From Lama guanicoe (Eukaryota), in contig MU054212.1 in the NCBI GenBank assembly GCA_013239625.1, positions 1,984,001 through 2,048,000 on the forward strand: a stretch of DNA of 64,000 nucleotides, given 5' to 3'. The notes beneath the pieces were generated by a model. That model had not been told where the DNA came from and did no database searches. It saw only the letters and a list, made by a program, of their open reading frames with translations. The position numbers and the translations under genes are program-made. Shown piece by piece: positions 26,241 through 39,064 of the stretch (position 1 is its first letter; every line of letters begins with the position of its first letter).

Positions 26241-29195
26241 CTACTCTAAAAGTCAAAGTTACCTTTAGGTTATAACCAATAAATGTGAAAACATTACAGA
26301 GAAATAAAAATTAACTGTAATTTAGTTGTGTTCTTCCTATTGAGATTCTAATAATTTTAAAGGACTTAAGGGGCATTTTTTGTTTAAAAATAAAAAGTAA
26401 ACAAAAAATACCCCTTGAAAATCTTCTGAATGCTAATAACAGCTGTCTTAAAAATCACTGTGCAATAGCTTATTCTTTAATAGCTGCACACACTGGCAAG
26501 CTGTGATTAATTCATTAGTGGAGTAAAATTCCCATGATGGGATGGCTTGCATTCAAAACCTTGAAGCCACTTTCCATAGTTCTGACACCACCCAATATCT
26601 CACTATTTTACTTGTTTAGAAATTTCTTGAGGGCAAATCCTATTTTGCTTCAAAATCCTTTGCTCTAGTGTGAAATATACCTATTAAGCTTTGAAGATAC
26701 AGCTACACCTTTTGAAAGATACTTAGCAAATTCCTCAGTGCTACCATCTTAACCATTAGTGATTTTAAATTAACCTCTTCACTAGGGTAGCATAAAGTAA
26801 TAGGGATTCTCCCACTAAAAGAAACAAAAACAAAAACAAAACTTAAGTTTGAAAATGGCTTCATTAGTGAATGATGGACGTCACAAAAATCATCCCACAG
26901 TGTTAATTTTTTTTTTTTAAGAACTGCCCTAACACACTAGAATTTTTAAACAAAGTGATCAAATTCTTTCAAAGAGGAATCTGGTCTATCAGAATGTTTT
27001 GACATGTGAAACTCTACTGAATATTTTTCCAACATGTAGGCTTTGGTCCAAGGCTGGCAAACTTTTGGTCACAAGGAATTATAACAGTCCTGAAATGGTG
27101 TTCACTCGAGCTGAATTTCACCTGCATTATAACCATGGCAGCAGTAAAGCTGACATGAATTTTTGGCAGTTTAAAAAGGCCACACTGTATACTTCACTGC
27201 AGATAAAGCCACCGGAGAATACAAAAGTGTTGAAAGGCTAAAATTTAATTAATGACCAATTAGCACCCCCTGTGGGTTCATTGTGCAGTAAAGTGATAAA
27301 TACAGTGTGCTAATATAGAAAAAGCTGTTACAAAGATGAGGGGTGAAATATTACTATAATTATCCATTTGGTATTATAGTACAATGGTCCTCGGTATTCT
27401 TGATTTTGATCTTCATGTGTCTAAAATATGATAGGAATTCATTAGATTTGGGACAAATAATCATTGTTTATTTTAAGGCACAGACTGACTCACACAGGTT
27501 GTATAGAAGCCAGTTAGATCGCTAGTGAGTGCACCTAGCCAACCACCCAGCAGCTGCAACTCAAAGCAGTTTGTATCGTCCACTCCTCAGTCAGTGTTCA
27601 TACATCTTCGGGAGAAGTTCCATGCTATCACCATGTAACTCTAAAAACTGGGGGATGCTAGGCTATCTTGAGACTTTGTGCCTATGAAGAGATCCACAGA
27701 AGGACAAATTAGCAATGCATCCTCACAGGATAGAGCTTCAGTGCTGTTTCAGCAGAATCATCAACTTTCACATGAACACTTCCACAGGAACACTAAAACT
27801 GAAAAGTCATGTTCGATCCCAAGTAATCCAAATAATAGAAGGAGACCTTTATTGTAAATGAGACAATGTTTATAGACCACAAAGGACAAAAGTATGTTCT
27901 TAAGTAATTCTAACTAGGGCATAACAAAATATTTCTACACAGACCATTAATGCCAATACCCTTATTCACACAATTGTTAAAAATTTACCTAATTAGGCAA
28001 ATTTTGAAAGTGGCAATCCTAAAAATAATGCTGATTATCAATGTGATGGATTTCCCAGGTACCTTATTCTCCCTTTGTTTTCTATTTCTCACTTTTGGTT
28101 CAGTTTACTCTCCCTTAGAACCAATACCCTAGAATGAATATAAAAAAAAAAATTCAAACCAGTTCATTCTATCACTTTTTTTCTCGTTAACAGTCCCGGT
28201 AATTTATTTACAGGAGCAAGTACCAGTGCTTAGCTCACACGTGAAATGCACCAATTCTGAATAATTTCCATAGAGAAATTTACAGCACTGCTTTTGTTTC
28301 TTTTCATTTTGCTTTGGGCGGTTTATTTACTTTTGAAAAGGGGCACATGAGTAGCACACATTTGTATATGCCCAAGGCTTGCTGGTATGCCCCCTGCAAA
28401 AGCATGCTTCTAATACGCAAGGACATAAAACCGACCAGCGCAGTTCTGGGATCTGGGCTGACGCAAGGCTGTCTGTAAGAAAGGGCTGGTTTCTGAGTCT
28501 TTACAAAGCCTCCTCCCACATCTGAGCTTCCACTCTTTTCTCTTAAGATGACCTGATGTTGTTTGGCATGGGATGTGCATACCTCTGGGATCAAAGGAAA
28601 GAAAAGAAGTGAATTTGACTGAAGCCTACACAGAGAAAAGAAAGTCAAGGCTGTCATTCCTAACTTTTCATATATATGGAACATTAGATTTAAGGTCTGT
28701 GAGAAGTCTTAGCCTGTAGGGGGAAAAGAGTGCTAATTTTACAGATGCAGCACACAGATCAGCGAGGCTGAGTAACAGGTTACAATCTGGCACCAACAAC
28801 AGCAGCTGATGGGGGTACAAAAACCCAAACCCTTGTCCCCAGTGCCCAGGCGAGGAGCTGCATCCACGTGCCAGGCAGGGCTCCCGGTCCACCCTTCTCT
28901 AACCCTCCTTACTAAAACCACCACCACCTCAAATGCCACTGAGTCTCCTAGTTTTTATGGGTAAATAAATGAACTTAAAATAGTGTTTCACACTGTTCTC
29001 TTTTTTGGTTAAAGATTTTATTGTGGCTTTTTTTTTCTATTACAAAACTAATTTATGCTAATTGACACATGTGGACGCACATGCACAGAGGAAAACAAAA
29101 ACCAACCAATTCTATGAACCCGTAACCTGCTGTTGACAAGTCATGATAGCCTGTTTCTTAACTTAATTTCGCTTCTGGCTACTAGCTTGAAAAAT

Positions 29196-29233
29196 CACAC
29201 ACACACACACACAGACACACACAGACACACACA
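29196..29233. repeat. Imperfect (CA)n microsatellite
   Basis: cacacacacacacacacagacacacacagacacacac seen directly. Confidence 0.9.
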
Positions 29234-29569
29234 CGCTCCCCTCGTCCTCCTTAACAATGGGTCTCTCTCCCTCCCTCTCTTTCTTCCATTCTCTCCTCTG
29301 AGGGGAGAGGTTCAGTTGGGTCAGGTACTAGCAAATAAAAGCAAAAGAAAAGATTCCATCAAACTAGTGCTGTGGTCAGCCCCACCTTCTTTACGCTCTT
29401 GCCTCTAGAGCCACATTTCCTGCCATTCATCCAACGAGGGACCCACTGAAGGGTCCTTCTCACCCTCCTCCCAGCTCCACTTCCTCAGTGATCACTGCTG
29501 CTACCATGACTCCACACAACGAAACCAAAAGCTGACCCTCTGCACCAACCAGATGACAGAGGGTGCTGT

Positions 29570-29752
29570 TTCTTATCATAATCCATCAGCCACCTGCTCC
29601 CCCATCACCTGGACTGTGGCTGAAAATGCAGATTCCTAACACCCCACCCCCCCAAGTCTACTGACTCTGAACTTCTGGGGTGGGGCTCAGAAGTCCCCAT
29701 TTTAGCAAGCTTTTAGGGTGCTTCTCTTGTATTCCCGAGTTTAAAAACCACA
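29570..29752. mobile_element. MER5-family hAT-Charlie non-autonomous DNA transposon
   Basis: catcacctgg...aaaatgcagattcct...ctactgactctgaacttctggggtggggctcag...gagtttaaaaacca. Confidence 0.7.
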
Positions 29753-31459
29753 GTAGAGTTGTTCACCTCCCCCGAATCATTTAAATCCTCTGCTTCCTGC
29801 TTGTCCTGCTGAGCTGTACCGTTTCTGTGTTTGTCACTCTGCACTACAGCAATGCTGAGGGAGAGACTTCTCTCCTTTATTCAAAGACCAAACTGAGTCC
29901 CAGCTCTTCCAAGAGGCAGTATTTCCAGGAAGAAAAGGATATCACTATCCTTTGCCTTCCTGTTCCTTAACATTGAGCAGGACTCCAAGCTTCCAGTCTT
30001 TTCAGTGTAATGTTCACTAGCTCCCATAAGTTACTTCCTCTCTGTAGAAAAGTGTTGTTCACATAAGCTTGCAAATTTCTAGAAAAAGACAGTAACCATT
30101 GTGAAGAATTATAAAGTTTCAAGTACATAAAGGCTGGGTGTCGTTACATGATGACACAGAGTTGTGGGTAAACAGCTCATTTCGAATGTGTACATGGAAA
30201 AGTCTAGCTCCTAAACTTTTGTGGATAATTACTTTCAAGCTGCATTGGCTTGATGAGAAGTATCAACAGGCTATGAAATGCTGCTCACCCTGTGAACCAT
30301 TTCACAAAACGAAGGTCGTCATAAAACTGAAGATGAAACAAATGAGTATGTGAAGGAGGAAGAGGGGGTGGGGGAGACGGGCTTCCCAGGATCAGCTAGA
30401 CTCTCTTTTTCCACTCAGGAAGGCATTGTTAGACCTGCTGCTTGAATGCCTTAAGTTCAGCCCTCTCTAGAAATTACAGATATCTTGTTTTTTTGAAATG
30501 GCTCCTATCAGTCTCCTGCCACTTCCTGGGTTCTGTGCGGAAGTGTGGCCATACAGTAAATTAAGCCTTCTGCTGTCAGAGCTGGAAATAGGAGGGGAGT
30601 ACAAAAGTAGCTTGATCTCAGATGATTTTTATTGGCTTCATTTACATCCTGTTTAAGGTCTTCTGAGTAGCTCAAGGTGTCTTATCTCTGGCTACCAGGG
30701 GGTATTTTGCAGTCAAAGCAGTTAACATACTTCTCTCCCCCCTCCTCCTATTCCTTTCCTTCCAGCTCTTTTTTTTTTTTTTCAAGCCATCTTATCTTAT
30801 CGCCCACATCTCTTCAGGCTGAGGAGAACCCGTACTTATCAGAAGCAGTGTGCTCCATTGTCGTTTGGGGCTCTTAGAGACAAATGAAAGTTTAAGTCAA
30901 AAGAAAATCAGTTAACCTCTTCTACGCTCAGTTTGGAAACACTCAGGACTGTCTCGCTGTTAGGAGCGCTAAATGCTATGAGAAGTGCTCCCCTGTCATT
31001 GACAGGCCCCCATCGGATGAAGACGACTAGGTGCAAAGCTGCTAGTACTAGACTGCATAATGACCCTGAATAATGTGGCTGCAAGCTTGCCTTAACCAGA
31101 GTCCTCACATTCAGGCCACCCTCCCTTGGCCAGGGATCATTTATCCACACTATCACAGGAAGAGCAAGCTCCAACAATCTATTAAAAAACAACAACAACA
31201 AATAGAAACTAAAAGACAGTGAGGGCAAGTGAGGAACAGTAGTCAAGAGAGGAGGGACTTTTCTACGGAAGCACCTGAGTGCTAACTGTGGGCTCCACAT
31301 AAACCCTAGATGGCCACTGGACATGTATGCAGGACATCTTCTCTGACAGCAACACACACACACACACCATTATTCAAATCTCTTAAAGAATCAGTCTGCC
31401 AAGGAGCCCCAAATATTGAGGGACTTGACCCTTCTGTTTACAAACTCTGTAACAATAGC

Positions 31460-31592
31460 CTGCAAGCTTGGTACCCCTCAGAATCATCCGAGGAGCTTGT
31501 AAAAATACTGGGTCCCTGCCCAGAGCAATTAAATCAGACTCTCTTAGGGTCAGGGCCCCTGGGGAATGCAGTCAAGATTGACAACCACTGCC
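31460..31592. mobile_element. MER5-family DNA transposon fragment
   Basis: tcagaatcatccgaggagcttgtaaaaatac...aattaaatcagactctct...gattgacaaccactg. Confidence 0.65.
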
Positions 31593-34429
31593 TTAGACCA
31601 TCACGAGTCAATCTGCGGTCTTAGAGCCACAAAAACAAACCCCTTTATTGTCTGGGCTCACCTACCTCGGGACAGACAGGCCAGCACAGGGCTAAGTTTT
31701 CTGCATACTTTGTGTCAAATGCAGTGAAACAGATTTTTTTTTTAAAGTCACAGCAAGCAAAAGTGAACACCCCAATCATGCACCATTATCCCCTGTGGAA
31801 GAGCAATATGTGAACAGTTATTAGGCATCTCATCTGTGTGGTTTATATTCCTTTTAAAAATTCCCATTCCTCTTCTCCTTCATCCCCCAGCACCCCACGG
31901 GCTCCTTTATATTAGTGATAACCCCATCCTTTCACCTGCGGTAAAGACTCTCTTAATTGTCCATTATCTTAGTGTGTCAGCACAAAGGAGCAGAGATGGA
32001 ATCCTCTTCCAAACGGTTTCACCTCCCTCTCCTGAGAGTGATGCCCTTGTCAAGGCATTAAAGACACGAAAACCTGCCACTTATCAGAACTGTATTTGAA
32101 TCGAACCACTGTCCTTGAAAACTGTAGGCAGGAGATGGTATCAAACACAAGCGCATTGCCAGCCCCAGGTCCACGGTGGCTGGAACGATCGGCAAAGATA
32201 CCCTCCAAACTTTGCCATGCATCCCTCATAATAGAATTACAGGTAACAATGACAACATGCTCCTTGATTTTCTTAAGCGTTAAGTACAAAGGAATTCCTG
32301 GCTGAGATTGCTCAGGAATGCCAAGCTAACAGTTCCAAGCCCTAGGATGCCTTTGCATGTAAACTCATGGATGAACTAAACCATAAACCTCTTCTAATTA
32401 CTCCATGCTTCTGATTCTTACAAATGTAAGTCAGGGCTACGAAAACATCACATTTATCTTGTTATAATGAGGGTGGGGGAAAATGAGCACGTCTTTAGTG
32501 ATTCTACGGACAGATTCAACGACGAAGCATGGTCTAAACAGTCATCTACACACAAAAAATGTAAGAGAAAAAATGTATTTTCAAGTATTCACATCATTTC
32601 GCGTGACGACCATTGCTCTGTATTTCCTCACCACTTTTTATATTTCTTACTCAATTTGAACCCACACTGCCTCAGGAAAAAAAAAGAATTTATGCGTGCT
32701 TTTAACAAGTAAACAAGTGTACAAATTAATTCAGAGAGCAGTAATTTTGAAAATTTTCTATGTTTAATGTGCACTGCAGTTAAACTACTTTTTCTGTACA
32801 AATTAATTTACTGCATCAGTGATCGATGTTTATGTTTAGGCAATTTTATTTCTCAGTATGGTAAAATTAGACCTAATAGTTGCAACCTGTTATGTCCAAT
32901 CTGTCACTGAAATTCAAATTGCCTTTTTCCTATTATTCAAGGAGCAATTTGGAGGAATTAAAGCCATCTAAAAGCGGAAGACAAACAATTCTCGGTAAGC
33001 ACTCAATAGTCTGTGTCATCAACCAAATCCACACCCCCGTGATCCCTCCCTCCTAAGCAGGTTCTCAGACAGGGTGTCTCTGAGAGTCTCAAACTTCCAC
33101 ATCTGCCAGGCCACACAGGAGGGAATTTTAGGATAAACCGAAAATTGCATCCCAACAATGTTCAGCTCTCGAGAGAAGTAATAGAAGATTCATAGATTTT
33201 GTTGTTGACGTCACATTGTCAGCCCCAGCCTAAAACGCTAACCCCCAACTTTCACGGCTAGCAGACGTGTTACGTCCTGTTTTGTGTTTGGCTTTATCTA
33301 CACATATATTCTTTAGCGTTCTTGCAAAATAAGTTTAATTCACAATTTTCCTTCTTACTGGGGACGAGTCTAAGATTTAAAGTGTGTGGCGATGGATGCT
33401 AGGGTCGGGGTGAGACCTACTTTACAAACAGCTACTGCTCTGCCTGGCTTCTGTCCTCGCTGAGTTACGGGTTCGACCCTCTATAGTGGTTAAGACGTCT
33501 CTGTTCTATGAATGCAAATGACAGGTCTAAATGGAGACGAGGGGAGGGGACCTACTGAAAGACTGGGGCAGAGCTCTCAGGGCCCCAGCCTGTGAGAGGC
33601 AGGAAGACCTCTAATCAGGCTCCAAGGAACACGGCACAATCCTTGGGACTATTTCCAATACTCACAACCACCATTTCACAATCAGCTCTCAGTAGATGCG
33701 TGTTTTCTTTAACAAAAGGGCCCCAGATCGATTGCTGATCTCATCATCACTTGGTCAAGAGAATTGCTGAAAATATTTCTTTGACAGCACCCCCTAACCA
33801 CCTTCTTCTAGTCCCAAACCCACCTTTCCCCTTAGAGTTTTCAGGAAGATTACACATACATTTAGGAATGCTTCGTCACGATGGGATAACCTCAGTTTTC
33901 TTACATGGTTGAGTTTCCACATTACCGATAAAAACCTGAAAATTTCTATCAACCCACCATAGTGGCCAATGACTGCATTTCTTCTTGCTCGCCTCTTGTT
34001 TAGCTGAAATAGCCAAATGAAATGAGTCTTGCCTCAATTGAAGCCTATTTAATGTCACATGTGGCCTCAGCCTGTATGCTATTCATCAGTCTCCAGAGGA
34101 TACTGACTCTGTCCCCACCCCCCCACCCCCTACCCAGGGCACAGGAGGCAGTCCCAGGGAACCCTTCCCGCCACTGACACGTTTACCCACAGCCTTCTCT
34201 CCAGACGGAGGTGAGAGGACATAGTCAGAAGGGGTAATTATCTGCTCTGAACCACCTGTCAAAACTCAGAGTCATTCCATATCAGCAGAAGATCTGGTGA
34301 TGAAATAAATGAAGTAAAATGAACACGAATATCTTTCTTTTGACTGATTGCTCTCCTTTTAACTTTTCCATGATCACTTTTTAAATTCGAAGACAAACTC
34401 ATTTCCTCAGACGATTGCTTAGATCATCA

Positions 34430-34500
34430 AGCTGATTAATAATCTGACTTCGAGGGAGGACTGATGAATGTGGATTATGCAACTGATTAATACTGTCACT
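34430..34500. promoter_or_regulatory. Candidate intronic enhancer core (PBX-HOX plus MEIS motifs)
   Basis: TGATNNAT at 34433-34440, 34462-34469 and 34484-34491, and CTGTCA at 34493-34498, in non-repeat sequence. Motif evidence only. Confidence 0.4.
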
Positions 34501-35358
34501 ACATCACACATCCAAGTGAGCTCTCAGTGTCTTGTTTTCCAATTTTTTTTAATTATTGAAATGGGCTCTAATTAATATGACGTGGTCTTCTTAAGTCGGG
34601 AGAACTTCATCACGATGCGAAATTGAGGGCTTATCCATTTTTTTTAGGTTTCTCAACACCAAAGAACTAAGAAAGAACAAAGGAGAACAGAGCAGACAGA
34701 CAGCATTGCAAAACTCACGTCTATGATGCTGACAGTGCTGTTCGCCCCCAGAAACACCCTGACTTCAAAATGCCAAACTTATAAAGGATGCAGGTGAGTG
34801 AACTACATCTTCTCACTCTCCACCACCTCCCACTGAGAAACTCCAAGCCCCTCTTCCCCCAATGGCAGTGAAGAGGGAATTACATCCGTCCTGCCCTCTG
34901 GAAACATCTCCAGGGTAACCCCACCACAGCATCCACCCTGCTGGTACAGGAGTCTTCCTGCTGTTGGCTTCCCCAGAGACGCTCCCACGTACACGTGTGT
35001 GCCAGCGCTTCTGCTCGGCCACCCTCTTGGGACAGCAGCCACTGATGCTCAAACTCTCCGCCCTCACAAGAGCTCCCAGCCTCGAGTTCCCTCGTGCTCC
35101 AGAGGAGCTGGGGACTGCTCTGCTCCCAGAGCTCCTGAGATACAGGAAAAAGGATCCGGAGTCCCTGCTCCTGCAGTGAATCCTGGGGAAATGTGAGTCT
35201 GGCTCCCTTACTGAAAACTCAGAATTCAAATTCCTCCAAACAATGCTTATGGCTTATTGTTTAATTCACTGTTCAGTTATAAGCAGCCTCCAGCACAGAC
35301 TAGAAGCATCCTTAGTAAGAGCTGCAAAAAAATCCTCCCTCTAAGAGGATAAATTCCA

Positions 35359-35485
35359 GGGGGAGGGTATAGCTCAGCGGTAGAGTGCCTGCTTAGCACA
35401 CATGAGGTCCTGGGTTCAATCCCCAGTACCTCCGTTAAAATACATAAATAAATAAACCTAATTCTCCCCCCACCCCCCAAAATAA
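35359..35485 (+). mobile_element. Young tRNA-derived SINE of camelid type, with target-site duplication
   Basis: Head ggggagggtatagctcagcggtagagtgcctgcttagc, Pol III A box TAGCTCAGCGG (35370-35380), B box GGTTCAATCCC (35413-35423), A-rich tail, and a perfect 11-bp TSD gataaattcca at 35348-35358 and 35486-35496. Confidence 0.88.
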
Positions 35486-37054
35486 GATAAATTCCAAAGG
35501 GCGCCCTCCTTATAGAAGAACAACAAAGTGGCCCTTGTGCTGGTTGGCTGCAGGCACCGCTGGATTTCTGCCCCTTCACTCTGCTTTTAGGACCTTTGTG
35601 AAATTCACAGGTTAAAAAAAAGATGGGCTAGCTCATGAACCTAATCTCCACGCACTGCGTGTTCCACTGGAAAACATGTGACAAATTTCATGTGAACAAC
35701 TTGTAAAATAAACTTCTGGTGGTTTTGAAAACTGCAAAAAGCAAATGAACCACCTTTGCTCTGGCCAATTTTCATCCATCTCCTTTCCTCCAGTATGCAA
35801 AGCTGTTCAGTCTCAGCATGTCTCTTCTGAAAAGAGAATTTTTTTTTAAATTCCATTAATTTTATTGTGGGTCATCAGTGGATACTTTTTATAACGTATA
35901 AGTCCTTGACTAATGTGCTTTTTCCTTGGATGAATGTGCCTTTTAGTCTAAGCTTCCTACAGTCACTCTGCAGATGGGAGAAGTGGAGAGGTGGCTTATT
36001 GGAGGCAAAACAGTCTCAATTGTTTTAACTCATTCAAGCCTAACCATCCATACTTTTACTCATTCATCCATCACGCATTTTGCCAGGCACAGAGATATAA
36101 AGATAGGCAGAATGAGATCTCCACCCACTCTTGGTTATGCATAAATATGTACAGACCTTATTTAAAATGCACATGTTTTTTAAAGGTGTGTGCTCTTTAT
36201 GAAAAAGAGTTTAAAACAATTATTAAATGAGTTTGTTGCTCTAAAGCTAATACACTTCATTCATATTTTGTGAATATTCATAATATATAAGGTTTCTTAG
36301 TGTAAGAACATAGAATATAACACCACAACCAACCACAGGTGTAGATTAACTTTCTAAAATAGATTAAGAATCATTCTCTTTTATAGATTTATTTTTTTAT
36401 TTTATCCTATTTTCTTTTTTTACCCTCCAGCTAATTTGGTGGCTATATTTTCTATTGCTGTAATTCACAAAGATTTAGCAAAGTCCCTAAATGTAGCTAC
36501 TATTGTTAAGATTATAATCATAATTAAGTACAAGTTATCTAGTCCCATCTTCTTGAAGCTTCAGGAATTGCTTGGGGCTTCTGTCATTTGCATTAGTCTT
36601 CCTGCCAGCACGCTAGACCTACTGTCTCTTAAAGGTATGTTTGCTTTCTGGTAAATTTCCCAACCTTACCTCTTACTAGCATATTACCTTAGAATGAGTT
36701 CAACATGAGCATTGATTTTCTTCCCCCACCTGAGAGAGGATTCTGCTCAGTTATCACTAGTGTTTAGTCTCTGTCCTTTGTCACCCCTCTTACCCAAAGT
36801 CTTGACCGTATCCTTTCCTGGGGTTACGTGACCTTATTCTGTTTGCCGCCCCAGGGAAGGGTTTCCATGGTGATGCTCATCCCGTGGGCTCTCCTACTTG
36901 ACAACCGTCACTAATTCTCCCGGCAAATTCTTCTTTCACCTAACTTTCATCGGGACAAAGATAATTTTGAGGCCCACCAAGTGAACTAGGGAATAAACGT
37001 TCAAGTGCATCTTGGCTACCAACCCAGTCTTGTCTCTGGTCCAGCCATAAAGTT

Positions 37055-37985
37055 CAAAACGCTATCGTGAGCACCTATGTATGGGTGAGACTCTCTGCCT
37101 GGCACAGTAGATACAAAGTTGACCAAGACCCTGAACTATTACACTGAAGAGTTCACTGCCTAGTGAATAGGGGAGGGGGCATATAACTACGACACAACGG
37201 AACCAGGGATGTAATAGAGACCTCTACAGAACTACTGTGGGCGCTCGGTAAAGGAAGCACCAACTACATCTTGGAGAATACAGGGAAAGGCCACCCAAGG
37301 ATACGCCGAGCTGAACCTAACAGTCAGGAGTTTTCCAGGGCTGGAAGAGGGCATCCAGGTAGGACTGAACATGCACCCAGAGTTGCATACACAAAAGCAA
37401 ACATTATGCAATCAGGGAGCCCACACTGATGTCAAATGATGAGACAGAAGAACCCAGGCTTGATTGCACATTAAAATCTTCTTTTCTTAGGGAAAAAAAA
37501 ACTGATGCCCCACTCCCAGAAATTCCAGTTACATTGGGCTGGGGATGAGTTTTGGATCCGTATTTTTTAAAGCGTCTTAGGGGATGTTAACAGGCAGCCA
37601 GGATCTGGACGAGAACACAGAGTTTGTGGAGGACGTGGCAGAAGACATCGCTCTATACAGAGTCAGGCCCCAGCTGGTGACAGAACTTGCCTATCAAGCA
37701 AAGGGCTGGGGGTTTACCTGGAGACACAGGGAGCTGTGGAAGGACTTCAGTCAGCAGAGACGGAACTCCATCAGAGCCCTCTGGATTGGGAGGACTGGAT
37801 GAAGGGTAGAGGCAGGGAGTAAGTACACTTCTGAGGCTATGGCAATGGCCCAGGTAAGAGATGGGAAGACCCTATCCAGAGGAGTAGCCATGGTGACAGA
37901 ATGGAGGGGATGCATTCACTTGTTTAGGAAAAAAGGTTCAGTGACTAATCACATATGATTAGTGAGGGAGAAATCCCTGTGATGT
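37055..37985 (-). mobile_element. L2 LINE interrupted by a MER5 element
   Basis: gagcacctatgtatg, gagttcactgcctagtg, gggagctgtggaaggacttcagtcag and ggctatggcaatggcccaggtaagagatg are reverse L2 motifs. Confidence 0.65.
37450..37610. mobile_element. MER5A1-like DNA transposon nested in L2
   Basis: cttgattgcacattaaaatc...actgatgcccc...tattttttaaagcgtcttaggggatgttaacaggcagccagg. Confidence 0.6.
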
Positions 37986-38857
37986 CTGCTCCTCCTAATT
38001 CCCTGCCATCTAGCCTGCCATTGTCACTACCGGACTGGTTAGCACCACTGCCTGCAAGAAGGATACAATCATAGCTGTGAACCCCATATGTAAAACAACC
38101 ACCATACTCCTCTCCAGTGACACAGACCGCCTTTCTGATTAAAGCCAGCTATCTTCAGACTGCACACACATGCACACATGCACGTCAAAGGGAGGTCAAA
38201 AGGAGACTCTAGCTGGTTAGATTAGAACAAAGCAGTCATCACTATAAAAAGGAACTTCTAATAAATGTCCTATCAATGCAAGGTCAACAAGTGTGAACCT
38301 AAAATACTGCATCATAGGCCAATGAAACACAACCTAGTAAGAACACAAGCAAAAGTGACTGAAGCAAGAACAATTCTATGTCAACATTCCTTTTTGTCTG
38401 GGATCTCCTGAAAAAGTCTTTGCGATAATGGATGTATATTATGATGCTATCAGTTATGGAGTGGCCATTTTAAAATGCAAACTTCTCCATCTGCACTTTT
38501 AGGGAAAGATAACTTTATGGTTTTCTAAATAATTGGCGTTAACATAGATTCTTTGGAAAGCCATATTGATATTCACAACAATCCCTTTATTCTGTGTACT
38601 TTTCTAGCTTTAGCCAGATAAAGAACTTTAAATAACCCTTTACACACCTCTCCCCTTATTAATGACTAATTACTCCAATAATTAGTCATCAATAACAAAG
38701 TATAAATACATAAGTCCCATAGGCATTGGCCATATGTCCACAAATTTTCCTCTGTCTTAGATGGATAATGTTATAAGTGTGTTCTTCTTTAAAATCCAAG
38801 TTACAGTCACCTAACACTTATTGAAGACCTACTAAATGCTAAACCAATATATTTTAG

Positions 38858-39064
38858 GAGGGGTTGGCAAACCAGGCTTGCAAGCTAAATGCATTTTTTT
38901 TGTAAATAAAGTTTTATTGGGACACAACCATGCCCATTCATTTATAAAGGACGATGAGTTGCTCAACAGAGCCAAGTTGACTACTTGTGACAGAAGCCAG
39001 AATGGCCCCCAGGACCTCAAATGTTGACTATCTTGAATTTACAGTAGAAGTTTGCCAGCCTCTG
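38858..39064. mobile_element. MER58A-like hAT non-autonomous transposon with TIRs and 8-bp TSD
   Basis: Left TIR gaggggttggcaaac, right TIR gtttgccagcctctg, internal ttttgtaaataaagttttattgg. Flanks tattttag (38850-38857) and tattatag (39065-39072) match at 7/8. Confidence 0.85.

Noticed and set aside
35360..35430. Possible tRNA-Ala gene
   Set aside because: The tRNA-like head continues into a SINE tail and is bounded by an 11-bp TSD, so it is a retroposed SINE.
37944..37963. 8-bp inverted repeat actaatca-cata-tgattagt
   Set aside because: An isolated short AT-rich stem inside an L2 remnant, expected by chance in 64 kb.
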